Assembly (NCBI GenBank): GCA_042218325.1
Contig: JBDGRE010000011.1
Span: forward strand, 1-13,689
Direction: 5' to 3'
DNA: 13,689 nt
DNA from: Candidatus Nanohaloarchaea archaeon
Lineage (GTDB): Archaea; Nanohalarchaeota; Nanosalinia; Nanosalinales; Nanosalinaceae
The notes beneath the pieces were generated by a model, which searched no databases, was not told the origin of the DNA, and saw only the letters and a list, made by a program, of their open reading frames with translations. The translations under genes were made by a program, and so were the position numbers. Below are positions 1-7,170 of the stretch, piece after piece (position 1 is the stretch's first letter; every line of letters begins with the position of its first letter).

Positions 1-750
1 GACTTCGGGGATGCTGACCAGGTCATCAACGTTATCGGAGCACCGCAGAAATATCCGATGAAAGTAATCAAATACTCTCTGAAAGCTCTTGGATACGAGA
101 AAGAGGCGGAGAACTTTAGCCACTGCCACTTCAAGTTCGTCTACCTGCCAGGAAAAGTATCCTACTCAGGCCGGAAAGGAAACTGGGTAGGAAAACACGG
201 AGACGCAGTCCTGGAAAAATGCAAGGAACTCGCTTTGGAAGAGGTTGAGAAACGACATGAAGAGCTTTCCGATGAGAAGAAGCAGAAGATAGCTGATAAA
301 GTAGGAGTAGCGGCTGTACGATACTTCCTGCTGAAGTTCACTCGTGAGAAGGACATCGATTTCAGCTTTGAGAAGGCGTTAAGCTGGGAAGGTGACTCCG
401 GGCCGTACCTGCTTTACTCTACAGCACGTGCACATGGAATACTTGACAAGACAGAGATAGAGCCAGAGTTCACAGGGTATGAGGAAGATGTGGAGTTCGA
501 ACTGATTCGGGAACTTGACAAGTTTGAATCTGTAATGGAAAGCGGTTTCGTCTCTCAAGAGCCTGCCAAGTTGATCCATTATCTGAAAGGTTTGGCGGAG
601 AAGTTCAACAGCTTCTACCATAAATGTCCTGTGAAGGACGCAGAGACTGAAGAGCTTGCAAAATCACGAACGGCTATCACAGAAGCGTATGTGGAGGTTA
701 TGGAGGAAGGTTTGAACTTGCTTGGGATTGAGCCATTGGAGGAGATGTAA
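1..750 (+). CDS. argS: Arginine--tRNA ligase, C-terminal part (5'-truncated by window edge)
   Basis: Frame is open from base 1 (DFGDADQVINVIGAPQKYPMK...). Motifs: VINVIGxxQ, SGRKG (KMSKS-equivalent of ArgRS), AAVRYxxLK, FxFEKALSWEGDSGPYLLYxxAR, and DALR anticodon-binding domain ending FNSFYHKCPV...LNLLGIEPLEEM. Confidence 0.97.
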   Translation, partial: DFGDADQVINVIGAPQKYPMKVIKYSLKALGYEKEAENFSHCHFKFVYLPGKVSYSGRKGNWVGKHGDAVLEKCKELALEEVEKRHEELSDEKKQKIADKVGVAAVRYFLLKFTREKDIDFSFEKALSWEGDSGPYLLYSTARAHGILDKTEIEPEFTGYEEDVEFELIRELDKFESVMESGFVSQEPAKLIHYLKGLAEKFNSFYHKCPVKDAETEELAKSRTAITEAYVEVMEEGLNLLGIEPLEEM

Positions 751-763
751 TTTCTCTATTTTT

Positions 764-838
764 GGGTCTGTAGCTCAGTTGGGACAGAGCACCTCCCTTC
801 GGAGGAGGGTGTCGCAGGTTCAAATCCTGCCAGACTCG
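764..838 (+). tRNA. tRNA-Arg(UCG)
   Basis: Full cloverleaf: acceptor GGGTCTG/CAGACTC, D arm GCTC/GAGC with GGA (A20 Arg identity element), anticodon arm CCTCC-CT[TCG]GA-GGAGG (anticodon 799-801), T arm GCAGG-TTCAAAT-CCTGC, discriminator G. No intron, no encoded CCA. Confidence 0.97.
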
Positions 839-842
839 TCTT

Positions 843-917
843 GGGCTCGTAGCTCAGCTTGGACAGAGCGATCGGCTTCTAACCGATCGGTCGAGGGTTC
901 AAATCCCTCCGAGTCCG
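843..917 (+). tRNA. tRNA-Arg(UCU)
   Basis: Full cloverleaf: acceptor GGGCTCG/CGAGTCC, D arm GCTC/GAGC, anticodon arm ATCGG-CT[TCT]AA-CCGAT (anticodon 878-880), T arm GAGGG-TTCAAAT-CCCTC, discriminator G. Starts 4 nt after the first tRNA. Confidence 0.97.
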
Positions 918-1208
918 TTAATCCTGTAGTTTCCAGTGTTTTTCTTTGAGGTGGCTGCCTGAATCTTTTTCCTTTACTTCTACTTGGTTTTGTTGTTTCA
1001 TCCAGTTGAGGATTTCTGAGAGCAGTGTTCTGATGGTGTCTTCGGAGAGGTGTTCTACTTGTTCTTGCTTGCCTATGTGTTGCCGGATTTTTCGGTTGGA
1101 GACAAAGTCTTCGTCTTCCAGTTTATCTTTAATCAGTTTTCGCAACAGTGTAGGGGTTTCTGGTAAGTCTTTGTTTTCTTCGTAGTTGTTGAAGTTGTAG
1201 CCTGTCAT
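918..1208 (-). CDS. Small hypothetical protein, probable winged helix-turn-helix DNA-binding protein (96 aa)
   Basis: ATG start with TTTATAA about 30 nt upstream on the minus strand. Pattern helix-(FVSNRKIRQHI)-(LSEDTIRTLLSEILNWMKQQNQV)-beta hairpin ending KHWKL resembles a wHTH. Stop codon abuts the tRNA 3' end. Confidence 0.65.
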   Translation of the reverse strand: MTGYNFNNYEENKDLPETPTLLRKLIKDKLEDEDFVSNRKIRQHIGKQEQVEHLSEDTIRTLLSEILNWMKQQNQVEVKEKDSGSHLKEKHWKLQD

Positions 1209-1236
1209 TTGTAGCTGGAAAGGCCGGTATATCGGG

Positions 1237-1243
1237 TTATAAA
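1237..1243 (-). promoter_or_regulatory. Probable TATA box of the wHTH gene
   Basis: Minus strand reads GAAAACC-TTTATAA, about 30 nt upstream of the ATG at 1208; typical spacing for a leaderless or short-leader archaeal transcript. Confidence 0.55.
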
Positions 1244-1246
1244 GGT

Positions 1247-1292
1247 TTTCAAATTTGAAACGGTTCAGAAAACAGGTTTCAATATTGAAACC
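1247..1292. promoter_or_regulatory. Two palindromic operator-like boxes TTTCAA-WW-TTGAAA, 30 bp apart
   Basis: TTTCAAATTTGAAA at 1247-1260 (perfect 14-bp palindrome) and GGTTTCAATATTGAAACC at 1275-1292 (perfect 18-bp palindrome), located between divergent genes. Confidence 0.7.
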
Positions 1293-1364
1293 ATCCAGAT
1301 TTGTTTTCCGCCCATCTGTTGCTTACGGGTTAGCTTCTTAATGCGATATAGTACGGAGTGGTTT

Positions 1365-1718
1365 ATGTCTGAAGAACTTCCACGGTTCAAGATTTTCATC
1401 CGGCTCTTGCATCCTTTTCCTGAAGATTAGGCTGAGGAGTATCCGAACTTGGCTAAGAGCAGGGTTAGGTTGACTATCAAGCAGGTAGGTACTGAGAGGG
1501 ATGTCCGTGACTGGAGTGAAAGCCAGTATCGCCGTTTAGTGGAGAATACTTTGGATAAGGATATTAAGAGGAATCCTGACTATTTCCCTCTTGATCCTGA
1601 GTTAACAGGTGAAATGGGTTTTGATATTACTGTCTGGGATCGGAAGCAGGGAGAGATGACAGGCGTCCTGTTCAAAGATGAAGAAATGGATATACCTGAC
1701 AAATACCTGGATAACTAA
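1365..1718 (+). pseudogene. Hypothetical 117-codon gene interrupted by an in-frame TAG at 1428-1430 (ORF track shows only the 1449-1718 fragment)
   Basis: ATG at 1365 is in frame with the 1449 ORF: MSEELPRFKIFIRLLHPFPED*AEEYPNLAKSRVRL...KYLDN. A TATA-like CTTAAT lies about 25 nt upstream of 1365. The 1449 start is only a TTG. Confidence 0.6.
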
Positions 1719-1721
1719 AGA

Positions 1722-1887
1722 CTGTCAAACACCTACGCATAGGAGGTTTGCAGATATTGGTTACAAACACTGGTTTTGTGGATATGATCTGGTTATTTAG
1801 GGCTTAGTTTGCTTCGTGCACGCTCGTAGGCATATCACAGGGTGCTGTAACCACAAACCACCGGCATCTGTTTGAGATGGTGTTGGT
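1722..1887 (+). ncRNA. Candidate structured non-coding RNA (three consecutive stem-loop domains)
   Basis: Hairpin 1722-1753 (CTG.CAAAC.CCTA-cgca-TAGG..GTTTG.CAG). Long stem TGGTTACA(1758-65)/TGTAACCA(1846-53) encloses GATATG(1781-86)/CATATC(1831-36). Hairpin ACCGGCATC(1860-68)/GGTGTTGGT(1879-87). G-U pairs favour the + strand. No family recognised. Confidence 0.4.
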
Positions 1888-1940
1888 CAGGTTACTCGAG
1901 ATATGCTGTATAGTTCATCTGAATTGGTTTTCGCTGGGGC

Positions 1941-1971
1941 AAAAATACTTAACTGTTACTCTTAAGTAACA
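1941..1971 (+). promoter_or_regulatory. Probable promoter of the dikinase-like operon with downstream inverted repeat TGTTACT-N4-AGTAACA
   Basis: AAAAATACTTAA (1941-1952) about 25-30 nt upstream of ATG 1976, followed by a 7-bp inverted repeat at 1954-1971 between the TATA box and the start. Confidence 0.55.
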
Positions 1972-1975
1972 ATAT

Positions 1976-3382
1976 ATGGATGTCTACTGGATCGGGGAGC
2001 CTGAGACCGGTGTTTCTGTAGAAGATGTCGGCGGAAAGTCGATGAACGCTATCAGAGCGGCAAGGCTACTCAACGGTAGAGAAATCAACGGTCAGGAGAT
2101 AACTGTTCCTGACGGCTTTGCGGTCAACGGAGAACTCCAAGAAGAGTTCTTAGAAGAACAGAGATGGAAGCACGGATTTCTCGACAGACGTGATGCTATG
2201 AATGTTCTTAGACCTGAGGATGTTGATGACTGGAATTTGCCTCAGACTCATAAAGAAGAACTCCGTGAACACTATGAAAGACTAGAAGACCCTGTAGGAG
2301 TCAGAAGCTCAGGTGTAGCGGAGGACTCAGATGAGAACAACTTTGCAGGAAGATATGAAAGCGTAATTGGAATCACAGGTTCAGATGAACTGATGGAAGG
2401 AGTCTCCGAAGTGCTCGCTAGCCAGTTCAGTTCAAGAGTACAGCAGTACCAGATGGAAATCGGCGAAGAACAAGCTTCTGATCTCAGGCTTCTAATACAG
2501 GAGGCAAAGAACCCTGATGTTTCAGCAGTAGTAGACTCCCGTGCGGATAGCGAAGGCAGAGTAGGTTTTGACTTGAATGAAGGACTTCCTACGACTATCG
2601 TTGATGGTGAGTCCATAGATCAAGCTTTTGCAGATCTTGGAGGTTCGTTATTGGGAGGGTTCTTGGTTTATGATGAAGACGATGATTACTTCTCTAACCC
2701 TAACCGTGACACTAAACATGTTCTAGAAGACGGTGAATTGGTTGAGAGATCCACTGATGTAGAAGGATCTCTTGTTGAGAGCGAAGAGCTCGGAGCAGTC
2801 GTTGAGGTTGCCAGACTTCTTGAGGAGGTATCAGGAGAACCAGGAGACCGTTCAGCCAGAGATATGGAAGTAGGTTGGAATAAAGAAGATAATATAGTTT
2901 ATATTTTCCAAGATAGGCCTGTACCTGGTGAAGACGTGACTGAAGCCGAGGAATTGCCTGATATTGCTGAAGAGTATGTTGTCGCTGAGTCTCAGCAGGT
3001 TTCCGGAGGCCCTGAACTTGTCCACTACGAGGATATACCTGCGGTAGTTGTTGACGATTCGACTCCAAATCCTGGGCCGGATGAAGAGGCATACAACATC
3101 AAAGACTACGATCTAACAGAACTCGATGAGGAACTGGGAGAATACGTGCTGATAACGGAGAACTATAACGAGAGACTTCATGCTGACGCCGATCCTGAAG
3201 TTGTAGTTGGAACAGACTCTGGCTTTGGAGGACACCTGATAAACATACTTGGAAATGAGGGGGTCGATACAGAGTACATCAGCTTTCTGGGAGAAGATCT
3301 CAGCGAGATAGATACCTATGACGAAATCGGTGTAGCACTTAACGGCCTTGAAGGCCTTGTATACATGGAGGAAGATAACTGA
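1976..3382 (+). CDS. PEP synthase/PPDK-family dikinase-like protein: N-terminal ATP-grasp domain + degenerate swivelling phospho-His domain, no PEP/pyruvate-binding barrel (468 aa)
   Basis: PPDK_N motifs in order: VGGKSMN, VPDGFAV, VGVRSSGVAEDSDENNFAGRYES, LLIQE, GLPTTIVDG, RDMEVGW, IFQDRP. C-terminal GTDSGFGGH420LINILGNEG aligns to TxxGGxxSHAAIxARExG. Protein ends about 50 aa after the His. Confidence 0.85.
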   Translation: MDVYWIGEPETGVSVEDVGGKSMNAIRAARLLNGREINGQEITVPDGFAVNGELQEEFLEEQRWKHGFLDRRDAMNVLRPEDVDDWNLPQTHKEELREHYERLEDPVGVRSSGVAEDSDENNFAGRYESVIGITGSDELMEGVSEVLASQFSSRVQQYQMEIGEEQASDLRLLIQEAKNPDVSAVVDSRADSEGRVGFDLNEGLPTTIVDGESIDQAFADLGGSLLGGFLVYDEDDDYFSNPNRDTKHVLEDGELVERSTDVEGSLVESEELGAVVEVARLLEEVSGEPGDRSARDMEVGWNKEDNIVYIFQDRPVPGEDVTEAEELPDIAEEYVVAESQQVSGGPELVHYEDIPAVVVDDSTPNPGPDEEAYNIKDYDLTELDEELGEYVLITENYNERLHADADPEVVVGTDSGFGGHLINILGNEGVDTEYISFLGEDLSEIDTYDEIGVALNGLEGLVYMEEDN

Positions 3383-5559
3383 TGGTAGAGTTTGATTCCG
3401 TAACTATAAATGAAGATGAAAGAGATAGAGATCCTATAGCACACCCAGTAAGGGAGGAAGAAGAACTTGAGAGAGCTGTAGAGCAGATGAGTTCTGTCGA
3501 AGATGAGAATTTCGAGTCCGAGGTTCTGGCTCTTAGAAACAACTTAGACGAGTTCGTCAGAAGGCGTGTAGGCAACCACAACACGCATATTGGGCTGATG
3601 AATAATCCTACGGTCAACGAGGTAGAGATTGACGGAGAAAACTATCAAGTGGTCGGAGAGCGTTTCTTTGAGATGAACCAGTTCCCAGAGTTCGGTGATG
3701 TAGGTGAGATTAGATGGACTGCTCTCGCACCGCAGGACTCATGGGGCATGGAAACACCGATAAACAGAGGAGAACACGCAGTAGGAAGAGGAAGACAGAT
3801 CGAGGCCTACCAGGTCACACTTGATGGAGAACCTCTCAACCCCGGTGAAGTCGGAGCCCTCTCTCAGGATGTCAGGATTTCCCAGGAAACAGAACAGGAT
3901 TTTACACTGGACGCTCCTAGGATAATCGCTGAGTATGATTCGCTGACCGAGGCGGTCGAGAGCGAAAATATAACTCGGGAAGAGTTCGAGGAAGAGTTAA
4001 GATCTGCTCAGCATCGTGGCATGGTGACTGAAGACCTTGACATCACTTTGAAGGGCTGGATGTCCTTTATCGATACTAACGCAAGAGGTATTGCTGCTCT
4101 TGAACAGCTTGACGGGAGTCGGGAGACTGTCGACCTTGGAGGGTTCAGACCTTCTTATGTACCTCCTTTCGGTAGTTTGGAAGGTGCTGTGACTTCTTCA
4201 GGACGCCTGAGTTCCGCTATATTCAGTGATGGAGATGCTTTATTTGCTACAGGTTCAGATGCAGAGGTTGATTATGTTGAAGGAGTTCTGGATGTTGAAA
4301 ATGATGCTTACCGTGAAGAACTGGAAGCCATTATGGGCGATCTTGAGTCCGTAAATCTACATGACCAGCCTGGCGGCAGGATAGGACTGAGGGATGCTCT
4401 CGGTGTATTTATCGAGGGTTATGATGGCGGAGAGGCTGTCAGTATAGGAGAGAATGTTGAAAGAGGTAGCGACGAGGAGGACTATCTCCATGATCTCATA
4501 GATGAAGGACTTGCCGGTATAGAAGAGTCGAACCTGGAAGACATAACGATTTCTCTGGATGAGGAGTTGGAGCAGGAACTTCAGGAAATGGGTTACTCTG
4601 TAGAGGAGATTGAGCAACGTTTAGAAGAGGCATCCCAAGGCCTAACTGCTGCTGAAGATGATGGATTCATGTTCGGTGGTGGAGATTACAGTCTGAACTA
4701 TGAAGGTCTTGATGATCCTCTATACGAGCTCTTTGCTACTGAGCTTGAGGAGTTGAACAGAAGACAAGTCAATCCCGATGAAGACCGAGATATGGATGGC
4801 TCCGCTATAATGGTTCCTAATCTGATGCTCGTTGAATGCATGGATGAACTGGAGACTCACGGCTTTGACTGGGAAATGGTCTCCACATACAGACCAGATG
4901 GAGATGATGAGTTCTTCGGTGCCGACATAGAAGCCCAGTTTGAGGAAGAAAGAGAGGATCTCTGGGGAGATGTCGATTATTACGGTCATGAGGATATTTA
5001 CCAAGAGGGGAATATACGCAGTCCAAAGGAGATGAGCCGAGAGGTTCGGGGTCTCCTGAGAGCTATGGATGATGAAGATATTATACAGATAAATCAGAAA
5101 CAGATACCTGACGCTGTAAAGCTTCAGGTCGATACTTCAAGCGATCACTATGAACCGCTTCAGGAGGCACTGCCGGACTCAGGAGAAAGCTTTGAGAATG
5201 GCGAAGCCACCTACGAAGTAGGGCCTGAAGAGAGCCAAGCAGACTCCCTACTACTGACAGTTATGCAGGACAACGAAGCCGTTGAAGACTATGAAATCGA
5301 TGAAACAGAGGAATGGGAGTTAGAATACAACAGAGAAGCTATGGCTATGTTCGACTATGAAATAGATGCCAGCATCGACTCAGTTAGAATAGCAGACGAA
5401 CCAGTTGTCCTTGCATCACTTTACGTCACAGAAGAAATGGAATATGAATCCAACGAGGAATTGGAAAGAGCATCAGAAGCAATAAGTCCTTTCAACGGAG
5501 AAAATATTCCCTATGAATCAGACAGAGCGACATTTGAAACCGAATTTCAATTAGACTAA
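3382..5559 (+). CDS. Large, extremely acidic hypothetical protein (725 aa)
   Basis: Long ORF translationally coupled to the upstream gene (TGATG overlap, GGAGG upstream). Only 4 Lys by manual count. No signal peptide, TM segment or recognisable motif seen. Confidence 0.85.
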   Translation: MVEFDSVTINEDERDRDPIAHPVREEEELERAVEQMSSVEDENFESEVLALRNNLDEFVRRRVGNHNTHIGLMNNPTVNEVEIDGENYQVVGERFFEMNQFPEFGDVGEIRWTALAPQDSWGMETPINRGEHAVGRGRQIEAYQVTLDGEPLNPGEVGALSQDVRISQETEQDFTLDAPRIIAEYDSLTEAVESENITREEFEEELRSAQHRGMVTEDLDITLKGWMSFIDTNARGIAALEQLDGSRETVDLGGFRPSYVPPFGSLEGAVTSSGRLSSAIFSDGDALFATGSDAEVDYVEGVLDVENDAYREELEAIMGDLESVNLHDQPGGRIGLRDALGVFIEGYDGGEAVSIGENVERGSDEEDYLHDLIDEGLAGIEESNLEDITISLDEELEQELQEMGYSVEEIEQRLEEASQGLTAAEDDGFMFGGGDYSLNYEGLDDPLYELFATELEELNRRQVNPDEDRDMDGSAIMVPNLMLVECMDELETHGFDWEMVSTYRPDGDDEFFGADIEAQFEEEREDLWGDVDYYGHEDIYQEGNIRSPKEMSREVRGLLRAMDDEDIIQINQKQIPDAVKLQVDTSSDHYEPLQEALPDSGESFENGEATYEVGPEESQADSLLLTVMQDNEAVEDYEIDETEEWELEYNREAMAMFDYEIDASIDSVRIADEPVVLASLYVTEEMEYESNEELERASEAISPFNGENIPYESDRATFETEFQLD

Positions 5560-5589
5560 AATCTATCTATAAATATAATCTCTGAGACC

Positions 5590-6255
5590 ATGCGAAGAAA
5601 CACTGAGAAACCCGCAAATGTTCGAGACCAAAGTGAGAGAGCAGAAGAAATCGCAGGATTTATCGAAGAAGTCGAACATCCGCATATAGATGAATTTGTC
5701 GATAGAGTTGCTGAAGGCGGGAAAGTTCTTGACCTTGGCTGTGGACATGGCAAACACGTGGACTACTTCATCCAGCACGGACTCGAAGCAGAAGGCGTAG
5801 ACTTAGCGGAAGGTATGCTGGATGAAAGAGAAAGGAGAGGGAAGAAAGGTACTTACTACGAGCAGGACTTCAGAAACCTTCCAGAGGACAAATTCGGCGA
5901 TAATGAGTACGATGCTCTCTGGGCTAACGCCGCACTGAAATTCTACCCAAAGCAGGAGATGAAGAAAACTTTACAGGAGTGGGATCGAGTTCTCAAACCG
6001 GGTGGAGAGTTCTACACCTCATTCAAAGTAAAAGGAAGCCAAGAAGACTATGACTGGCTACAGGGAGATGAAGATAGTAACGAGTTCGTCCAGAGAGATG
6101 GTGAAGATTATCCGAGATACCTTCTTGACTCAGTAGAAGAAGCTGAACAGATGCTTGAAGACCAGGGCTATGAAGTCCAGGAAACCTATGTCAGCGACGA
6201 CCACACCGACTACGATATTCAGGTCGTTAACCTGTTCGCAAGGAAGGAGGAGTAA
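5590..6255 (+). CDS. Class I SAM-dependent methyltransferase (221 aa)
   Basis: Motif I KVLDLGCGHG, post-I GVDLAEGML, QDFRNL, YDALWANAAL, RVLKPGG. Confidence 0.92.
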   Translation: MRRNTEKPANVRDQSERAEEIAGFIEEVEHPHIDEFVDRVAEGGKVLDLGCGHGKHVDYFIQHGLEAEGVDLAEGMLDERERRGKKGTYYEQDFRNLPEDKFGDNEYDALWANAALKFYPKQEMKKTLQEWDRVLKPGGEFYTSFKVKGSQEDYDWLQGDEDSNEFVQRDGEDYPRYLLDSVEEAEQMLEDQGYEVQETYVSDDHTDYDIQVVNLFARKEE

Positions 6256-6258
6256 ATA

Positions 6259-7170
6259 ATGAGTTCTGAAGCTTACCCCGAAGATCTTGTAGAAAAGGCA
6301 GGAGAGCACGAGTTTGAAGATATTAGAGATGAAGCTGTCGAGGATCTAACGGAAATGCTCGAAGTAGACAGCGAAGCAGTACCTGAAATACCTGTTGAAA
6401 CTGAAGAAAGAGGAACTACAGGTGGTGCAAGTTACGAAAACGGCACTATGACCGTAGACCTCGCACCAGACCTCTCAGACGAACCAAGCTGGGTAGAAAC
6501 AGAACATCTACAAGCAGAAGGCGTCTATGAAGAAGTAAACCATATTCTCGCAGAAGACATAATTGAACACGAGACAGGACAGCAGAGAACAAGTAGAGAA
6601 GACCGGACTTACTGGGATAACGCAGCCAACGAACTGCTCGGAACAATCTACAAATGGGGAGATAACTGGGGATTCAATCGACCTTTAGAGAAAGCAGATA
6701 CAAGACTTTCGAAAGCATCAGAAAGACTCGACCAATCCCTGGCAGCTATAAACAGAGACTTTGAAGACCGAGACCTATCCGAAGACGAGAACCTTGACGA
6801 ATACTGTAACAGACACGGAAAAGTAGAACAGGAACTCCTAGGAGACATAATACACTTCATAGGTTACAAGGTCTCAGAAGAGGCAAAGGATCAGGATTAT
6901 GATCCTGCTGAAGTAGTCAGGATGAGCTACGACCAGCTGAGAGAAGAATTTTCGGAAGAAGTAGAACAAGCAGAAGAACAACTCAGAGAAGAATACGGAG
7001 TCCTTGTAGACCTTGATAGAAAAATACAGAGTGAAGAAGGATTCGGATTCTTCGTACAGACCGGTGAAAACGAATACAAGTCCAGAGGAGTTCTCGAAGG
7101 CTACGAACAACACGGCAGACAATTCTACACCTGGGGAGAAGACGAACTGCCTGAAAGGGGGAGGAACTAA
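6259..7170 (+). CDS. Acidic hypothetical protein, possible zincin/gluzincin-like fold with EExxH variant motif (303 aa)
   Basis: GGASYENGTMTVDL strand pair, then VYEEVNHIL (E91-E92-x-x-H95, HExxH with first H as E), then a helix with AANE125LLG as candidate third ligand. Starts 3 nt after the MTase stop, preceded by AGGAGG. Confidence 0.55.
   Translation: MSSEAYPEDLVEKAGEHEFEDIRDEAVEDLTEMLEVDSEAVPEIPVETEERGTTGGASYENGTMTVDLAPDLSDEPSWVETEHLQAEGVYEEVNHILAEDIIEHETGQQRTSREDRTYWDNAANELLGTIYKWGDNWGFNRPLEKADTRLSKASERLDQSLAAINRDFEDRDLSEDENLDEYCNRHGKVEQELLGDIIHFIGYKVSEEAKDQDYDPAEVVRMSYDQLREEFSEEVEQAEEQLREEYGVLVDLDRKIQSEEGFGFFVQTGENEYKSRGVLEGYEQHGRQFYTWGEDELPERGRN

Noticed and set aside
722-949. 75-aa ORF over the tRNA region
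   Set aside because: Shadow ORF across two clear tRNA genes.
1245-1292. GTTTCAA...TTGAAAC resembles CRISPR repeat termini
   Set aside because: Units are only 16-18 bp, there are two copies with about 14 bp between them, and no cas genes; better explained as operators.
1722-1940. Assignment of the structured segment to RNase P RNA, SRP RNA, hammerhead ribozyme or retron ncRNA
   Set aside because: Conserved cores (GAGGAAAGUCC, SRP helix-8 GGAAG motif, CUGAUGA/GAAA) not seen on either strand; no reverse transcriptase in the window.
1976-3382. Calling this gene ppsA/ppdK or rifampin phosphotransferase
   Set aside because: No C-terminal PEP-binding barrel and no room for a central substrate domain between the ATP-grasp and His domains.
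3513-3520. CGAGTCCG matches the tRNA-Arg(UCU) 3' end (possible attR)
   Set aside because: Only 8 bp and inside an intact CDS; expected by chance.
5534-5550. TTGAAA-CCGAA-TTTCAA inverted repeat using the same half-sites as the 1247/1277 operators
   Set aside because: Half-site order and spacing differ, and it lies in coding sequence (FETEFQ); may be chance, although it is near the MTase upstream region.
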